NCBI GenBank assembly: GCA_013265495.1
Contig: MU057865.1
Span: forward strand, 372,001-436,000
DNA: 64,000 nt
Direction of reading: 5' to 3'
Source of the DNA: Vicugna vicugna
Taxonomy: Eukaryota
Shown in pieces: positions 63,178 to 64,000 of the stretch. Each line of letters begins with the position of its first letter. Position 1 is the first letter of the stretch. The notes beneath the pieces were generated by a model. It worked only from the letters and a program-made list of their open reading frames with translations, was not told where the DNA came from and ran no database searches. The translations under genes and the position numbers were made by a program.

Positions 63178-63559
63178 TTCTATGAGGGAGGAGGATTGAA
63201 CGGTGACTGACTGGGATGGAAAGGCAAAATAGGACACAGGTGCATTTAATACGTACATGGATGGATGGCTTCAGGTCTTTCTGTGTCTTTAGAGACTGGG
63301 TGCCATGGCCCCTGGCACTTTGGGCCCCTCCCACACAGGGTGTAGGTCTGCCAGGATGTCTCCTTCCCCACGAGGGTGTGAGGGTGTGAGCTCCTGACGC
63401 CTGATGGATCCTGGCAGATGGCTGGTACACGGTAAATGGTGCTGAGGGGATGAAAGTGTGGACGAAAGACGGGTGAGGTGGCGATGAGCGGAGAGCACTC
63501 AGAGACGAACCAGAGGCAGAGATGACCTGGGGTAAATGTGGAACGTTTAACTTCAGGAG

Positions 63560-63745
63560 GATATTCAGTCCTCAGACATTTCTCCTGACAACCTTGTAAA
63601 ACCAGCAGGACAGTTACAGTCCTTACGTTACTGACGAAGAAATCAGACAGTCAGATTAGATGATTTATTCTGAGGTCACAGAACTAATTGCAAAGCTGGG
63701 ATCAGAATATAGGTCACCTGTCTCTCATGCCAATGCTCAATATAA
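63560..63745 (-). mobile_element. MIR SINE
   Basis: 'ttactgacgaagaaatcagacagtcagattagatgatttattctgaggtcacagaacta...gctgggatcagaa'. Confidence 0.65.
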
Positions 63746-63939
63746 TGGTTGGGTGATTTTTTTTTCATTTTTTAATTCAAATATTTGGTGATGGATGACA
63801 AGTCAGAGATGAGTTTGCGGTTTTGTAAGAAAACCAAAGAAGGCTGAAGACATTTAAAAATAAGGAACAGGGCTGAAAGTGAAATGAATAGGAAACACCA
63901 TATTTATGTATGTAGAGGGTGTGAAAATGGGAGTGGAGG

Positions 63940-63942
<3 letters not shown>

Positions 63943-63974
<32 letters not shown>
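63943..63974 (+). repeat. (GT)n microsatellite
   Basis: Directly visible. Confidence 0.95.
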
Positions 63975-63976
<2 letters not shown>

Positions 63977-64000
63977 TTATGTATTTAAAGTGGAACATTT

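Noticed and set aside
1..64000. CRISPR arrays, operons, prokaryotic systems, numts or processed protein pseudogenes
   Set aside because: The sequence is mammalian and repeat-rich. I saw no regularly spaced repeats, long ORFs, or recognisable mitochondrial or mRNA-derived segments; a BLASTX search would be needed to exclude very decayed pseudogenes.

Overview
Mammalian non-coding genomic DNA, either a gene desert or a very large intron. No protein-coding gene can be supported: the ORF-track entries are short, low-complexity or derived from repeats. The repeat content points to a camelid (camel, alpaca or vicuna): a tRNA-Ala-derived Vic-1-like SINE and cetartiodactyl-type L1 3' ends and ERV LTRs are present, and I recognised no Alu, BovB/Bov-tA, PRE-1 or Can-SINE. 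The window is a mosaic of ancient eutherian repeats (MIR, L2, MER5, MER20, MLT1), younger L1 fragments with target-site duplications (TSDs), five solo ERV LTRs, microsatellites and one 375-N assembly gap. The best observations are: (1) a 49-bp near-perfect inverted duplication of an MLT1-like end next to a polypyrimidine tract (28458-28570); (2) a chimeric L1 insertion carrying an apparent 3' transduction polyadenylated at a MaLR poly(A) signal (19720-20378); (3) a retroposed, polyadenylated ERV-LTR fragment whose tail became a (TTTC)n microsatellite; (4) an L1 with a 23-bp inverted duplication at its 5' junction; (5) a canonical REST/RE1 site; (6) a well-formed orphan exon candidate. Repeat family names come from recall of consensus sequences, not from a database search, and boundaries of old repeats are approximate. 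I found no evidence of a new multi-gene system.
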